A DNA stretch of 61,577 bases, counting the filler, from Choristocarpus tenellus KU-1152 (taxonomy: Eukaryota > Protista > Phaeophyceae): assembly GCA_964200185.2 (NCBI GenBank). It is 12 parts of 12 records of this genome, joined end to end, with 100 filler letters (N's around TTAATTAATTAA, not from the genome) between each part and the next. Parts side by side here need not be neighbours in the genome. Positions count along the whole stretch, not along the records: positions 50,002 to 55,706 come from CAXNAD020009959.1; positions 55,807 to 58,829 come from CAXNAD020022870.1; positions 58,930 to 61,577 come from CAXNAD020025975.1; 9 more parts are not named here. One strand, 5' to 3'. The notes under the pieces were generated by a model. The model worked only from the letters and a program-made list of their open reading frames with translations, was not told where the DNA came from and searched no databases. A program made the position numbers and the translations under genes. Below, piece after piece: positions 49,902-61,577 of this stretch; within the stretch, counting starts at the first letter, position 1, and each line of letters opens with the position of its first letter.

Positions 49902-50002
49902 NNNNNNNNNNNNNNNNNNNNNNNNNNNNNNNNNNNNNNNNNNNNTTAATTAATTAANNNNNNNNNNNNNNNNNNNNNNNNNNNNNNNNNNNNNNNNNNN
50001 NG

Positions 50003-50128
50003 CTGTGTGGCGTTGCGGAGGAGTGTGAGATGTCTCATGTTACGAAGAATGTGGGGAAGCTGAAGGAAGTCGGGACAGAGATCAAAACGCTGCTTGCGGA
50101 AGGCAAGCAGCTGCAGCTCGTCCAATGA
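50003..50128 (+). CDS. Possible terminal exon of an unknown gene
   Basis: Open frame LCGVAEECEMSHVTKNVGKLKEVGTEIKTLLAEGKQLQLVQ* with coding-like composition at the contig start. Confidence 0.35.
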   Translation: MCGVAEECEMSHVTKNVGKLKEVGTEIKTLLAEGKQLQLVQ

Positions 50129-52413
50129 TTAACCTGATCGTAATCCCGGTGATCATAAGCTTTTGTCCCTCAGTGGCCTTCCCCACTACCAGGGTGTGTC
50201 TGCACTAAGTACTGTGTACGCCATGGGGACGTAGGGGAGAAGTGTGCCATGGAGAAGTGCTCTGTGTGCGGTAGAATGCTAGTTCTTACTGTACAACCTT
50301 GCTCTGCGGGAGGTGTGGTCTGTGGATCAAACATTGGAATGTTCGTGATGAGTGCTCTACGCCCTTACCAGTGGCACTCTGTTGAAACCTGAATCGAATG
50401 CATCGTACATGTAAGCAAAATGCGTAGACTATGAGCGATGAGGAATAATCGTGTTGCAAAGCACCGATGAGTGATATGTGTAGTCTATATTATGGATAGG
50501 TGTGATTGTGCTGTAAAGCACCAATGTATTTATTCTGTTGTAGCTGAGGTTATTGATATCTCAGTCAAGAATGACGCGATGTTATTTCAGTGCTCTTGGT
50601 TGCTTAATCCAGAATGATGTGATGTGAATTCAGTGTTCTTTCATGAGATACTCAACAAAAGAAGTCCATGCTCTGTGGAGAGGCTTGCTACCTTGGCTGG
50701 CAAGGGTTTCCGCGGATGGTTTCAACTCTGATTATATTGCATCTATGTGTGTGTTTGACACACAGTTTGCAGAGTGGCTTTGGTGCGATTTGAGGGATCA
50801 ATGGCAGTTACGAAAGAAATAATAATCGACCATCAATGTACAACTGTCATCTTCTGCTGATAAGAAGAAAGAGTGAAAGAAAAAACAAACAACAGAACAA
50901 AAGAACAGAATTGAAACAATATGTGATGCAACTCAAGTGACGTACACTATACTATACTATTTGTATAGAATGCAGAGCGACTGTTCTGTACTACGTTGTT
51001 CTGATTGTAGTTGATGTGGTGGTGACGAACTGGTGAAAGTAACGTCCTGAACGCAACAGACCAATCAACAGTCAGCTTTGACTGGTGGAACTGTATCGTA
51101 TCAAGGAACAAACAGATGAGTAGCCTATGTACTCTTGTATGTTGATACATTTGTACAGCTGTTAACAGGACAAGCCAAAATGCTATGACCGCAAAGGGCG
51201 GCAAAATATATGCGATGGAACAAAGTAGGAACTCTCCGTCGAATGAGAATGTTCCAGAAGAACATTCCAGAAAGGGGAACGTTCTCGGATCGTACACTTG
51301 GTTCTAGATTTCCCCCATATGGTAAGATCTACAAGTCTGAGAGCATTGGAGGTTGGGCCCCACCCAGGTCACTTCGAATCAACCAAGCAGTCCAGTTCTG
51401 TTCGAGGGAGACTAATGCAGGAGTGGTAGACGTGTGGGCGAACGAGATAAATAAAATATGAGCCTTGAAACATCAACGACCTTCTAGGACACGCCTGAGA
51501 CGTAAGAGATAATCTCAAACCGTCAAGGGAGGAAGTCGCACCAGCAGATAACAACTGATATCAACACGGAAGGCAGCGCATGGCATGCCCTGTGCACCCT
51601 ACCATGGTTAGGAAGTGGTCTGGGATGTGCTTGAGCGCCTGTTCAAGGAGCACCGTGGGCTGGTGAGCCCTAGAAATGGGTATTGATGTAGTAACACGGT
51701 ATGCTGATTTTTGGATCATCTTCGTATCTCACCAGGCATATTTTTTGTGGTGGTACGTAACTGTGCCAGTCTGACCAACGAGCATTTTTAAAGTACAGTG
51801 TGTCTTCATGGTTGCAAAAGAATCTCCATATCCCACCATTATATGTTAGCTGGACTTCGATTTTGATTTATATACTGCTTCCAGTGTGAGACTAGCATTT
51901 CCCTGTAACATCTTGTACCAGAGTGTAGACCACAGAGTGAAAAATAGTGCATAGCAAACCATATTGTGTGGGGGTGCGTGTATTTTGAAAGATGGTTTAT
52001 GGGATGTGTTCAAGATTGTGGTGAATGAATTCCAGTGTGTGTACACTACTAAAAGAGAATATGAAACACATATTTAGTGAAACGTGAAAAATGCTGTTAT
52101 TCGCGACACCTTCCTGTAGCCCACGAATCGATTAATACTACAACACTCGGAAAATAGTGACCAACTCACAACCTTAGGAGTGCTGTGCAGCGCTTTGGCT
52201 GCTATGATACACTGGTACGTGATGCAACTGTTGTGGAGAGGAATCTCTCTACTGCACATACGAATGGTATGACAGCACTTCTGAAATGCCAGTGCAGCAG
52301 CTCACGACAACAGAAGTGTTGTTGCGAAACAGTCTGTTTTGTAAGTAGAAGTCCAGTTCAGTCGAAAACTTCCATTGTTCCATTTGTACATTGTATGCGA
52401 ACGTGAGCGCAGT

Positions 52414-52512
52414 GAGTCAAAGTATCTTAGAGGGTAGATCCGCGTCCATTTGGGGGCCAAATTCCAATGTTGGAATTTTGATGTAATTTTGGCTGTCATT
52501 TTTGTTTGGAGT
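52414..52512 (-). mobile_element. MITE family A terminus only (reverse orientation)
   Basis: GAGTCAAAGTATCTTAGAGGGTAGA...GTCCATTTGGGGGCC; homology is lost after about 100 bp. Confidence 0.85.
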
Positions 52513-55500
52513 GGACGAACCAATGATACATTAGTTTTGATGGACAAAATTTTACCACGCTGCATGTAGGCACTCATACGTTAAAAAATATATCCGACCA
52601 ATCAAATCCTTTCATTTTGGTGGATAAGTCGACGTTTCGTGCTGTCAGCAAATATTAGAAAATTTATGGACCTGATACAGACGAATATCGCTAGCGTTTC
52701 TTCTTGTATTTCAACAAAGTGCGAGCATTTGTTACACGCAAATAGCGCGAGCATTTTATCCTCATGTTTTAGGATACACGAACATTTGTGACGGACGTAT
52801 AGTGTGAAGATTGTTTCTCGAGTCCTAACAAGTACAAACTATATACGCATTAGGAACACATAGTTAGCGTTACAGGATAAATGATTATTTTGAGAAGATA
52901 AAGAGTAAGATTCGGAATACCTACGTAACAGTACAGAAGAAAATGTCAAAGTCACTAAGAAGTTGAAGAATAATGGCTTATGATTGGAGTACCCTATAGA
53001 GTAGTTGATAGAAGAACAACGAAATTGGGTGGATGATGAAATAAGAAGAGAGCTCTTTAGTGATAACATAAGTTTTACATCGTTAATGCCCCAATCCTTT
53101 GTTTCTTTGAACGAAAGATTGAGTCAATCTTTGAGCTAAGCACTGAGTGGAGTATCAAGAGAAAGGGCTATCTGACACCCTACAAACCGTTGTAAAAGGC
53201 AACGCCCCCATAGCGTCGTTTTAAGGTCGTTGGATTTGAGTTGTACATCCTGTGGAGGTGAGTTCTGAGGGGTGCCTGTAACATGGAGGTCCTACCGCCT
53301 CTCTTCAAACAGGAGGGAATACTCATTTGTTCACCTCAACACATGGGATTCCTTGTAGCTCCCTATGTCCGCCTGGAATCTCTTTTTTTCCGTTTGGGGT
53401 GTGTGGTCTTCATCTGTCGTCTCTATGGGATTCTCTTCTTCTTGGGTTCGTCGTCTTCATGGGTCTGAGGGCTTTGTGCTCTGAGGGAATCGCCCTTCTC
53501 TAGCCGTAAAACGAGTGGCCTCTTTTGGCCACATCACTCGCCTGTAGTCATAAAATAAGTTATCTTTGACCGCCATGGTATAGACGTTGTTTCCTAGGTA
53601 GTTCTTCCTCACCATTCGTACACTCACATTCCCGATCTGTTTTTCGTGTATCACATTGTTTCTTTCACAGGTTCCGCTGGGAATCAGTGATTCGGAGATG
53701 TTCCTGCCCAAGGTCAGACTTTGCGAGAACGCTAGCAGCAGTCGTGACGGCTCAACGTGTTTATGCATCGTGTCCACGCATCGATAACTTCACCCCTTTC
53801 CACATCGAGCTCGTTGAAGACTCTTGTCTGACTTTCTTAGGACACACAGCGGCCCTTTCAGGTGTGCTTCGTCTGCAATCGACGTCCCACGCATCAAAGG
53901 ACAGCTCTTACAGGTCCGTTGAGACGACGTTTTGGCAACTGAGTGGTTCATATTTCGGTGAGAGAATGCACCCTTTTTGGATTGCCAGCCGAAAATTGTG
54001 GTAAAGGTTGCCATGTGTTATTTATTTATTTTTTCAAAAGAGAGAGAAAGGTGTGACGCGGAAGGCTGCGGCCATAGCCTAGTTTTCCACTATCGAGTGT
54101 ATACGATAGACTTGCGGATACCTCATACATGTAAAGCTCGTTTGGGGCGGGATATATAGGTGAAGATTAACTCATTGATTTGTACCAACGAGCCCAACTC
54201 TCCTACCCTTATCAAATTATCCTCTGTTCTCTATTATATTATATATTGTATTTTTCTTTACAGCTTAGAAGTCAAATTCTCCCACTAGGATTTTCGCAGG
54301 GTAATCCTTTGAGGAACGAGATAGTGAACCGTCAAATTAAACCATCACGGATTATTGACGATCTCATCATAAAAGAGTTATCCAATCGAAACAACCAATT
54401 TATCCCAGCCAATCAAAATGCTGCAAAACCTGCATTGTACAAGGAGAAGATTCACATTGATTTGATTAGAGGGTAGATGCGCTTGTTTGCTAGCATGTCA
54501 CACCCTTGCGCTGCCTCAGTCGAAACCCTGATCGTCAGGCAGAAACAGGGACTATATCGCCAAAACAGGACTTCCATGCACGAATAGGTATCAAGCCAAA
54601 CTTCACTCTTATACAGAGAGGTTGTCAACCGTATACTGGCAGCCCTTGCACCGATGCTTCAACCTGTTTAACCCAGAACTCCTCGCCCGCTGTCTGTGCA
54701 GCCTTAAATATCGAGCCTTCTTCCGTTGCCAGCAAACACGGTACCTCATTCGTTCCCAAAAGCTAGGCATCAAAAACCGTTCGACCAGTCACATCCGTTC
54801 CCCAGCCTGTACTTTGACCCCCACTTGCTCTACCCACAGACAAGGCGAGCAATAGAAGTCGGCACGATTTGGGCAAAGGCTTACCTCCATCATCTGCCTC
54901 CCAGGGCGAAGTCGATACATGACTAAAAGACACACCCAGTATGCTTTCATCATGCCCATAGTCAAGACTGCTTCACGTCCATAACTGACGAGTGCAGGTA
55001 TATATAAAACGACTCGTTAGAGTTCCCAGAGGAATCCTCCCATACCTTTCCGGAACCCACCGACGACCTCCGGGTACTCAATCTGCTGCAGTGTCTCGTA
55101 CAATGGTAGCCTTAATAGAAACACATCTCCGATACCTAGAAGCGATGCAAGACTCGGAACTCCCTCCACTATTCGCGAGAAGCCCAACCGATTCGGACGC
55201 TGCAGAGTCGTCTTGAAGTTACACCATGGAGTCTGAGTTTCCAGTATTGTCATTCCATCTATAGACATTTAGACGTTCGTTTCCACCTTGATAATATTCA
55301 CCATGACATCGGCCTATATGGTACTACCCAAATATCGACATATGCCCTGCAATGTCACCCACACAGAGTCCACTCGAGAATGCTTGCCCAGGTACTCCTT
55401 GACACAGGTGCAGGTCTCATCTATTTTAGTGAAAATTGCTTACAACAGCTCAAAATGATAGGCAAAGGTATCTTACATGCACCAAACCCCAGAGGGTGCA

Positions 55501-55893
55501 ACGTTCGATTAGACTCTTCCAACTCTATCGGACAGTTCCGGTAAAATATGTATGGAGTAATGGAACAATCAATTAGTGCTTGAGGTATCAGAACCGTTTA
55601 CTAGTGATTAGTTGAATGAGAATTTTTCTCATACAAATGGAAATATTTATGATTTTATGGGGCCTTGCATGCCCCACCTGAATATAATCAATCACTCTAC
55701 AGACACNNNNNNNNNNNNNNNNNNNNNNNNNNNNNNNNNNNNNNNNNNNNTTAATTAATTAANNNNNNNNNNNNNNNNNNNNNNNNNNNNNNNNNNNNNN
55801 NNNNNNCAACGCCCCACCCCTCCCCCACAAAACACAACAACACTTTGCTGTAATGATTAAAAGACACCCAACAAATTCACATCCAATCCTTAC

Positions 55894-57883
55894 CTCTCCA
55901 CTGTCGAACCCATCTTCTACCAGACATGCTGAGTACCGTTCCGCAACAAGGCGGCGAATACCCAGTCCCACCAGCCACGCTACCAACTGTGCCAAAACTG
56001 CCTCATCGCTATCTTCTACCACTGCCTCATCCCCCCTGCCCACTAACATCAATCCCACCACACCAGGATCGCTCTGCACCCCAACTCCTGGTCCTTCAGG
56101 CCCATTCTCATCAACACCCAAACCCCTGTCGCCAATACCAGCAGAGACAGCACCGGAGTCACCTTTACTGTCCCTACACTCCGCCCCCCTGTCCACCTCC
56201 CCCTGCAATGGCTGTTCACAAACAGACCTCTCAATGGCACCAGTTGAAGGTCTATTTCCCTGCGCCCCTCTCTCCCCCGACATGGAATTCGAGGTGCTGT
56301 CTGCTGCTCTTCCTCCCGATCCCACACCCGAGTCAACCGCTCTCGGTGTCAACCATCCCTTGCGACTGCCATCTGTTGTTTCCGGCTGCAAAGAAGGCCT
56401 GTCAACGGAGTACTTACACAAAGGGGCAGAGGCGAAAGCAGAGGCCGAAGGATCGGGGAGGGCATCTCTTTTACCTTCTAAGCCTGCAACAGCGGCCCCT
56501 GTGACCGGAATCAGAACCTCCGATGAGGAGGATGAGGACGACGATGACAAGCTGTCGTCCTCCACCTCATCATCAGTCACCGATGCTGGTGGGTCCTCCT
56601 CCTCACCCTGAGAGGCTGCCCCATCTCCTCTTTCTACCACTGCCCTGGGTCTGGCGTCCAAGGTCCCAGCCAATCCCTCCCTCTCTGTCGCCGCCTCCTC
56701 TTTCCGCAGCAGCTGGCTGCATGACATAAGCTCTCTCTCCAGCCTGGTGCACTCTGCCAATACCTCAGCAAGATCACGCTCCAGGGTTTCAGCATGGTGA
56801 TGATGGCAGTTACGCTCCTCTTCCGCCCTGAGGAGTTCCGCTGAGGCATCTGCTACGTGGCGCCTTGCCTCCTCCTCGTCCCGTCTGACTCCCCCAGTTT
56901 CATTGGTTGTAGTTTTTGTTGGTGGTGTTTTCACAGCACGTTGTGTTGTTTAAGGGGGGCATGGGTTGGGTTGGGTTGGGTTTGGAGGGTACAGAAGAGG
57001 ATCCCAGTCATCATTGTACACACTGTGGTCTGGCTATATATCACCAACACCATTAATCAAGAAAAAATGGCCACTTGATCTCACAGGCACACAACCAGAT
57101 AATGATGGAATACCAGGAGGTGCTAGGGCCTCTTCTCGTGTTGCCCTTAACCAATCAAACAGCAGCAATCTTCTGACTCAATAACCACTGCATAATCACC
57201 ACAGACGTGCTTACTATGTGGATGTATGCAACTTGTGAGGAAAGACTAACCAGCACAACAGGAGATTGTGGGCCAGTTTTGGATACAATCATTGCATAGT
57301 CATAATACTGAAAAAAGAGTCCTAACCCTGAGCCTATCCTCCACTGCAATAAACCTTTCTATTATTATGAAGACCACCGATGGGTGAAAAGCCGGTCTGG
57401 GTGGGGGCAGCGGGGCAAGGGGAAGAGGGCATGCCGACACAAGGTCAGCATCAACAAGGGTATTCCAAACCCAAAGAACCACTCCAGCTCTAAAATATGT
57501 AGCCTAGTTGCTTCCGAATCTAGTCAAGTCCAAAACCCAGGCACAGCATCGGCATTCGCATTCCAACGCATCTGTTCACAAGAACGGGTGACTGACATTC
57601 CTGATATAGAAAGGAAGAGGTTTACATATGGTGCTGGCAACACTAGATGCAGAGATTGAGTAGAGGGGGAAGAGAAATGAGGGGTGCACCTTTGGAACAC
57701 CGATGGCGATCGCAATCCTCCTATCTGAAGGGGGGCACCCTTTGGGGCAGAGGGAACTGGGGAGGTACCCCTTGACCCTTCATGCTCTCGCTTCCACTGC
57801 ATCCATAGAGGGTCATCTGCGCCGTCATCCTCCTCCCATGCACCGCTGAGCTCAAATTTAACCTGTCGGGAAGGGGGAGCCAC
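55894..57883 (-). CDS. Unknown low-complexity/coiled-coil protein with the start of a SAM-like domain (partial; main exon about 55894-56900)
   Basis: Long ORF with a coiled-coil segment and LVAWLVGLGI...ERYSACLVEDGFDS followed by a GT donor; the upstream exon at about 57690-57883 is tentative. Confidence 0.55.
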
Positions 57884-59283
57884 GGTACGAGCGTTGGAGG
57901 ATCATCCTATCTACAAGGTGTTGGTAGAGAATATTGCGAGCTTGGGATCATTGTTATAGTGCAATTCAATCCAAAAAGCAACGCAGCGGCATGAGACGCA
58001 GTTTCACTCCCCAGCCCCCCCTCAGTCCTAGTTGCTGGACCCTCCCTTCCTAGTTCAATCATGCATCAGCAGGACAGACGTGGTGGGCCCAGACTGTACC
58101 AAGACAACAAACACAGGGAAATCGTATGATCACGCTTAAAAAAAAAAATTGTTGTTGTTGTTCAGCTTCCCACTAGATAGGACACCTTTCTCCCTTCTGG
58201 CAAGGACTTTACCTCTCGCTCAAATGCCTTCCTGTTCGATGGTGCCACCTTGGAAACCTGGAACGCCCCGGATCGTATTCGGAGACCGACGGCCCAGTCT
58301 GCCGCTGCACCCATGGATCGAAATACTGCTACCTACAAATAAGTTATACATCAACATACCCACAGGCAAGGGGAGGGGGGGGAGGGCAAGCAGGAAGTAT
58401 GTGAATAAAAACAATGAGCCATTGCACACACTCTGGAGAGGGGTGTTGCCAAGCAAGTTGCTTATCTCTTCGAATCCAACGCATTCACTCCTCTAACCCT
58501 CTCCTTCGTGCATCCAACAATTTGACCCTCCCACCCCCCCCCCTTACCAATGAAATATACTCTCACTGACTAATATCTGTTCCTCAACATAAAAAAGTGT
58601 CCTCTTCCTTCTCCCTTCCTCCACCCCCCACTCACCAGTCCCCCCTCCCTCTCAAGCATACGCCCATCCTCATTCATCACCAACCAGAGGTTCCCCTCCT
58701 GCATGCCCTGTAGCCCTCCCCTTGACCCACCACAGTCCCCCCCTCCCCCACCCACCACATTCAAATCCAAAGCTACAGGCACGGCTGTTGCAACCCCTGT
58801 CGTCCCCTGCACCCCAGGCAGAAATCCACNNNNNNNNNNNNNNNNNNNNNNNNNNNNNNNNNNNNNNNNNNNNTTAATTAATTAANNNNNNNNNNNNNNN
58901 NNNNNNNNNNNNNNNNNNNNNNNNNNNNNTACAGACACCAAGCAATCTCGCCAGGTTTATCACCTTTATGTTCTTTGATGATTTTGGGGATACTTTAACA
59001 CAATTCGCTCAGCGGAATGGAGACCACAAGCCCTTGTACACTACAATTCAGTAAAGGCTCTTTGTGAATTTGTACAAAATCACATTTTCTTGCCTTTTCT
59101 TGGGATCCTTAGAATGCAACCCTACCTATCTCTCAGCTGTTTTGACTCTCTGACCTCGTCTCTGCCAAACAATCGGATAATAGATCAAAACATTCCTAGT
59201 GTTGACGAGCAATATGCAAGTTACGGCCAAATGTAGAACAGATGGAGAAAGGGATATTAATGAAAGGTGAACCATTAATAGCA

Positions 59284-59461
59284 GGCTCAAAGTATCTGGG
59301 GGGGGGGTGGCGGATGTCCATTCGGGGTCAATTTTTTTGTGTCGCGATTCTTATGTGATTTAGTTGCGTACACCGGATGGATAATGTAAATGCACTTTTC
59401 CTGATTTTGCCCCAAATGGACACCCTACAGTAGAACCCCCCCCCCCCAGATACTTTGGGTC
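59284..59461 (+). mobile_element. MITE family B full copy (178 bp)
   Basis: GGCTCAAAGTATCT(G)n ... (C)nAGATACTTTGGGTC. Confidence 0.92.
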
Positions 59462-59598
59462 AGAAACTAGATTAGATGTTCTCACCCTTTGTCATCCTTT
59501 TCCGGATGCGATACAGGATATTCCCTACTCATTTCTGGGAGTGAAATCATTGTAACTTCTTGGAAAATTGGGTATGTATGGTGAATGAGACCACTTAC

Positions 59599-60603
59599 CT
59601 GAGATGGATGTGGTCCAATGGGTAGTACACATCAGAGGTCAGGTCTGGGTCTGTCAATAGTATCCCTAGCAAAGAAAAGAAGTGGGCACCATAATGCCCA
59701 CCTCACGTGGTAATAGGAATGGAACTTTTTATTTCATGCTTCTTTTGCTGTAACTGATGGTAAGTAAATGTGCCTTGGAGCGAGTGAACTTTGATCTTTC
59801 TATCCGCCGGTATATCTTCCACGTAAAAATAACGCTGACAGTTTCTCAGATATAGCTCCTCGAGAATGACGTTAGAAGATGAAAATCGGTGACCTCCTGC
59901 CTCTCATTTAAAGGCTTGCAGTGGAGAAAAGATCATCCACCCTGAAAATATAGGAGAAGGTTAACGATCGGAGAGATGTGCAGCTGCCCTGGAACATATT
60001 GCTCAAGCTGGGAGGTTCTAACACTCGTTTTCTGTCAAAATACTGTTTACTCTCTCCATCAAGCCGGCCATGGGGCCTCGTCATCCACGTGGCCTCTCTC
60101 TCATATGTGTGGAGAACTCGTCTTGTGTTTTCTACAAGTAATTTTGTATTAAAATATAATCCATTAGTTAGGACACCCAACTTTATAGCAGGCACGTGTA
60201 TAGTCAAACATTGAAGTCAAACTCTTTACTCGTATCTGAAATACACTACAGCTACTGCTGTGTGTCATGGATAATGAGTGAGTCATGATTGGATGAGATT
60301 TGAATGTACAAGAGCGTAGGTTCCCACCCATGAAAAATAGTGTCAGCCTTCGACTTCTGTGAAACTTGAAGCCTGGAGAAGGTAGAGACCACACCACGGT
60401 ATCTAGCATGTCCTTCGACTGAGGGGCTTCCGCAGCCATTGTGCCGAGTTCTGCGTGGACACTCTACGTTGTAGTGAGCTGTGTGCGAAGGTTAAGCTCC
60501 GAAAGCCTCGCACAGAGCGTGTTTGCAGGAACGAAACTCTGGAGGTCGACTCATCTTGATTATTTTCGAGGTTATCTAAGGCGAGTTGATTGGTGATCAG
60601 CAT
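59599..60603 (-). CDS. Putative intron-containing gene of unknown function (5' part)
   Basis: Several coding-like frames (e.g. 59908-60207) and an exon GILLTDPDLTSDVYYPLDHIHL with a tag acceptor and gtaag donor; no family recognised. Confidence 0.35.
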
Positions 60604-61338
60604 ATCAAATTAAAGGTGGGATGATAGGCAGTCGATCTGGTCGCGAAGAAAATATCTTGATATGATTTTCAGCGATTTTCATGTTTTTGTAATTCAACCG
60701 AACCTTTCGGCATTTTCTATCATTCCACTGTACCGTGTATATACTACTTCGAAGTAGGTAGTAGAACCCAGCAATTGCTATCCAAAAATATACCTGACTG
60801 AACTACACAGTTCATCAGACTGATCGGATACTGAGTTGAAATTGAATGCGAAAGAATACATTCTATGAGGACCAATATAGTATGTATGTATAATGTACGT
60901 CCCCCCTCGCGACAAATCAGAATTGGTTCCAGCAGACACTGACTCGGGCCCCTTGTTTTCTCTCCTTCCATTCTCGTTTTTGCTGTTTTTGAGACACATA
61001 AAACATGCCACCCCCGTTGACCTCTGCAGTCTCACAATTGTATTCATCAGTTCTACAAGAAATACACGCCTACAGAGAGAGCCACCATTTTGTTTCATGT
61101 ATTCTTCAAAGACTCAATGCTTCTAATATAGTCTTCACCTTTTATTTCAAACCTCGTCAAACACACCAGCATTCACCAGATTTTTTATAACTTCCTTTTC
61201 AAAGCAATAAGGTCAGTGCAGCATCCATCAACAGACCACCAGTTCACAATATCTTAAGTTCATTATTATCTGGCTTTGTTTTTAGTGTTGTATTTGATGA
61301 AACCCCTGTTCGCTGGTGTGTAATCCCAGTATCGTCAT

Positions 61339-61519
61339 GGCTGAAAGAATCTCGGGGTGGGTTGCGGGTGTCCATTTGGGGTCAATTTTTTCATGCCGCG
61401 ATTTTCGGGTGATTTGGTTTCATACGTCCGATGCATAATGAAAATGAACCTTTCCTGATTTTGGACAAAATGGACGCCCTGGTGTAGACCCCTGCCCCCC
61501 CCCCCCGATACTTTGGGTC
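61339..61519 (+). mobile_element. MITE family B full copy, 3-bp TSD CAT
   Basis: CAT|GGCTGAAAGAATCTCGGGG ... CCCGATACTTTGGGTC|CAT. Confidence 0.9.
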
Positions 61520-61577
61520 CATACATGCACAACCCTTCGAAGAATGACAAAAATACCAAGTATGAATTCCCTCCCCT

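Noticed and set aside
50950-55550. Possible MULE (HGMPCA, SWIM-like) and LINE RT remnants
   Set aside because: Only isolated 5-6 residue resemblances in broken frames; too weak to annotate
55853-56611. 252-aa and 192-aa plus-strand ORFs
   Set aside because: Antisense shadows of the GC-rich minus-strand exon
6331-58929. Recurrent TTAATTAATTAA palindrome between N-runs
   Set aside because: Artificial six-frame-stop contig linker, not biological

Overview
Eukaryotic nuclear DNA, not one locus. It is 12 short contigs joined by artificial 100-nt spacers (N-run, TTAATTAATTAA, N-run), so neighbourhoods across spacers are meaningless. Stramenopile-type H2A/H2B, intron-rich GT-AG genes and TTAGGG-like repeats suggest a brown alga or close relative (inference). 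Genes or gene parts: a PLOD-like 2OG-Fe(II) dioxygenase, a RanBP2 zinc-finger terminal exon, a HUWE1/UPL1-type HECT E3 ligase, an animal-type haem peroxidase, glutamate-cysteine ligase, two divergent H2A-H2B pairs, a MORN-repeat gene head-to-head with VPS50, and a SAM-like protein. These sit among abundant transposon debris: CRE-like and APE-type LINEs, piggyBac, mariner and Copia remnants, a solo LTR, a foldback element and two related MITE families. The most notable signals are three. (1) All three complete histone genes carry a 3' hairpin GGTGTT-TA[G/C]TC-AACACC-ACC (6-bp stem, 5-nt loop) followed 10-11 nt later by a shared purine-rich motif, resembling the metazoan stem-loop/HDE processing signal. 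(2) Two MITE families share a terminal core and a subterminal motif but appear to leave 4-bp versus 3-bp target duplications. (3) The MORN gene has one repeat per exon. No prokaryotic-type system, CRISPR array or viral insertion is supported. Exon coordinates were read by eye and may be off by a few bases.
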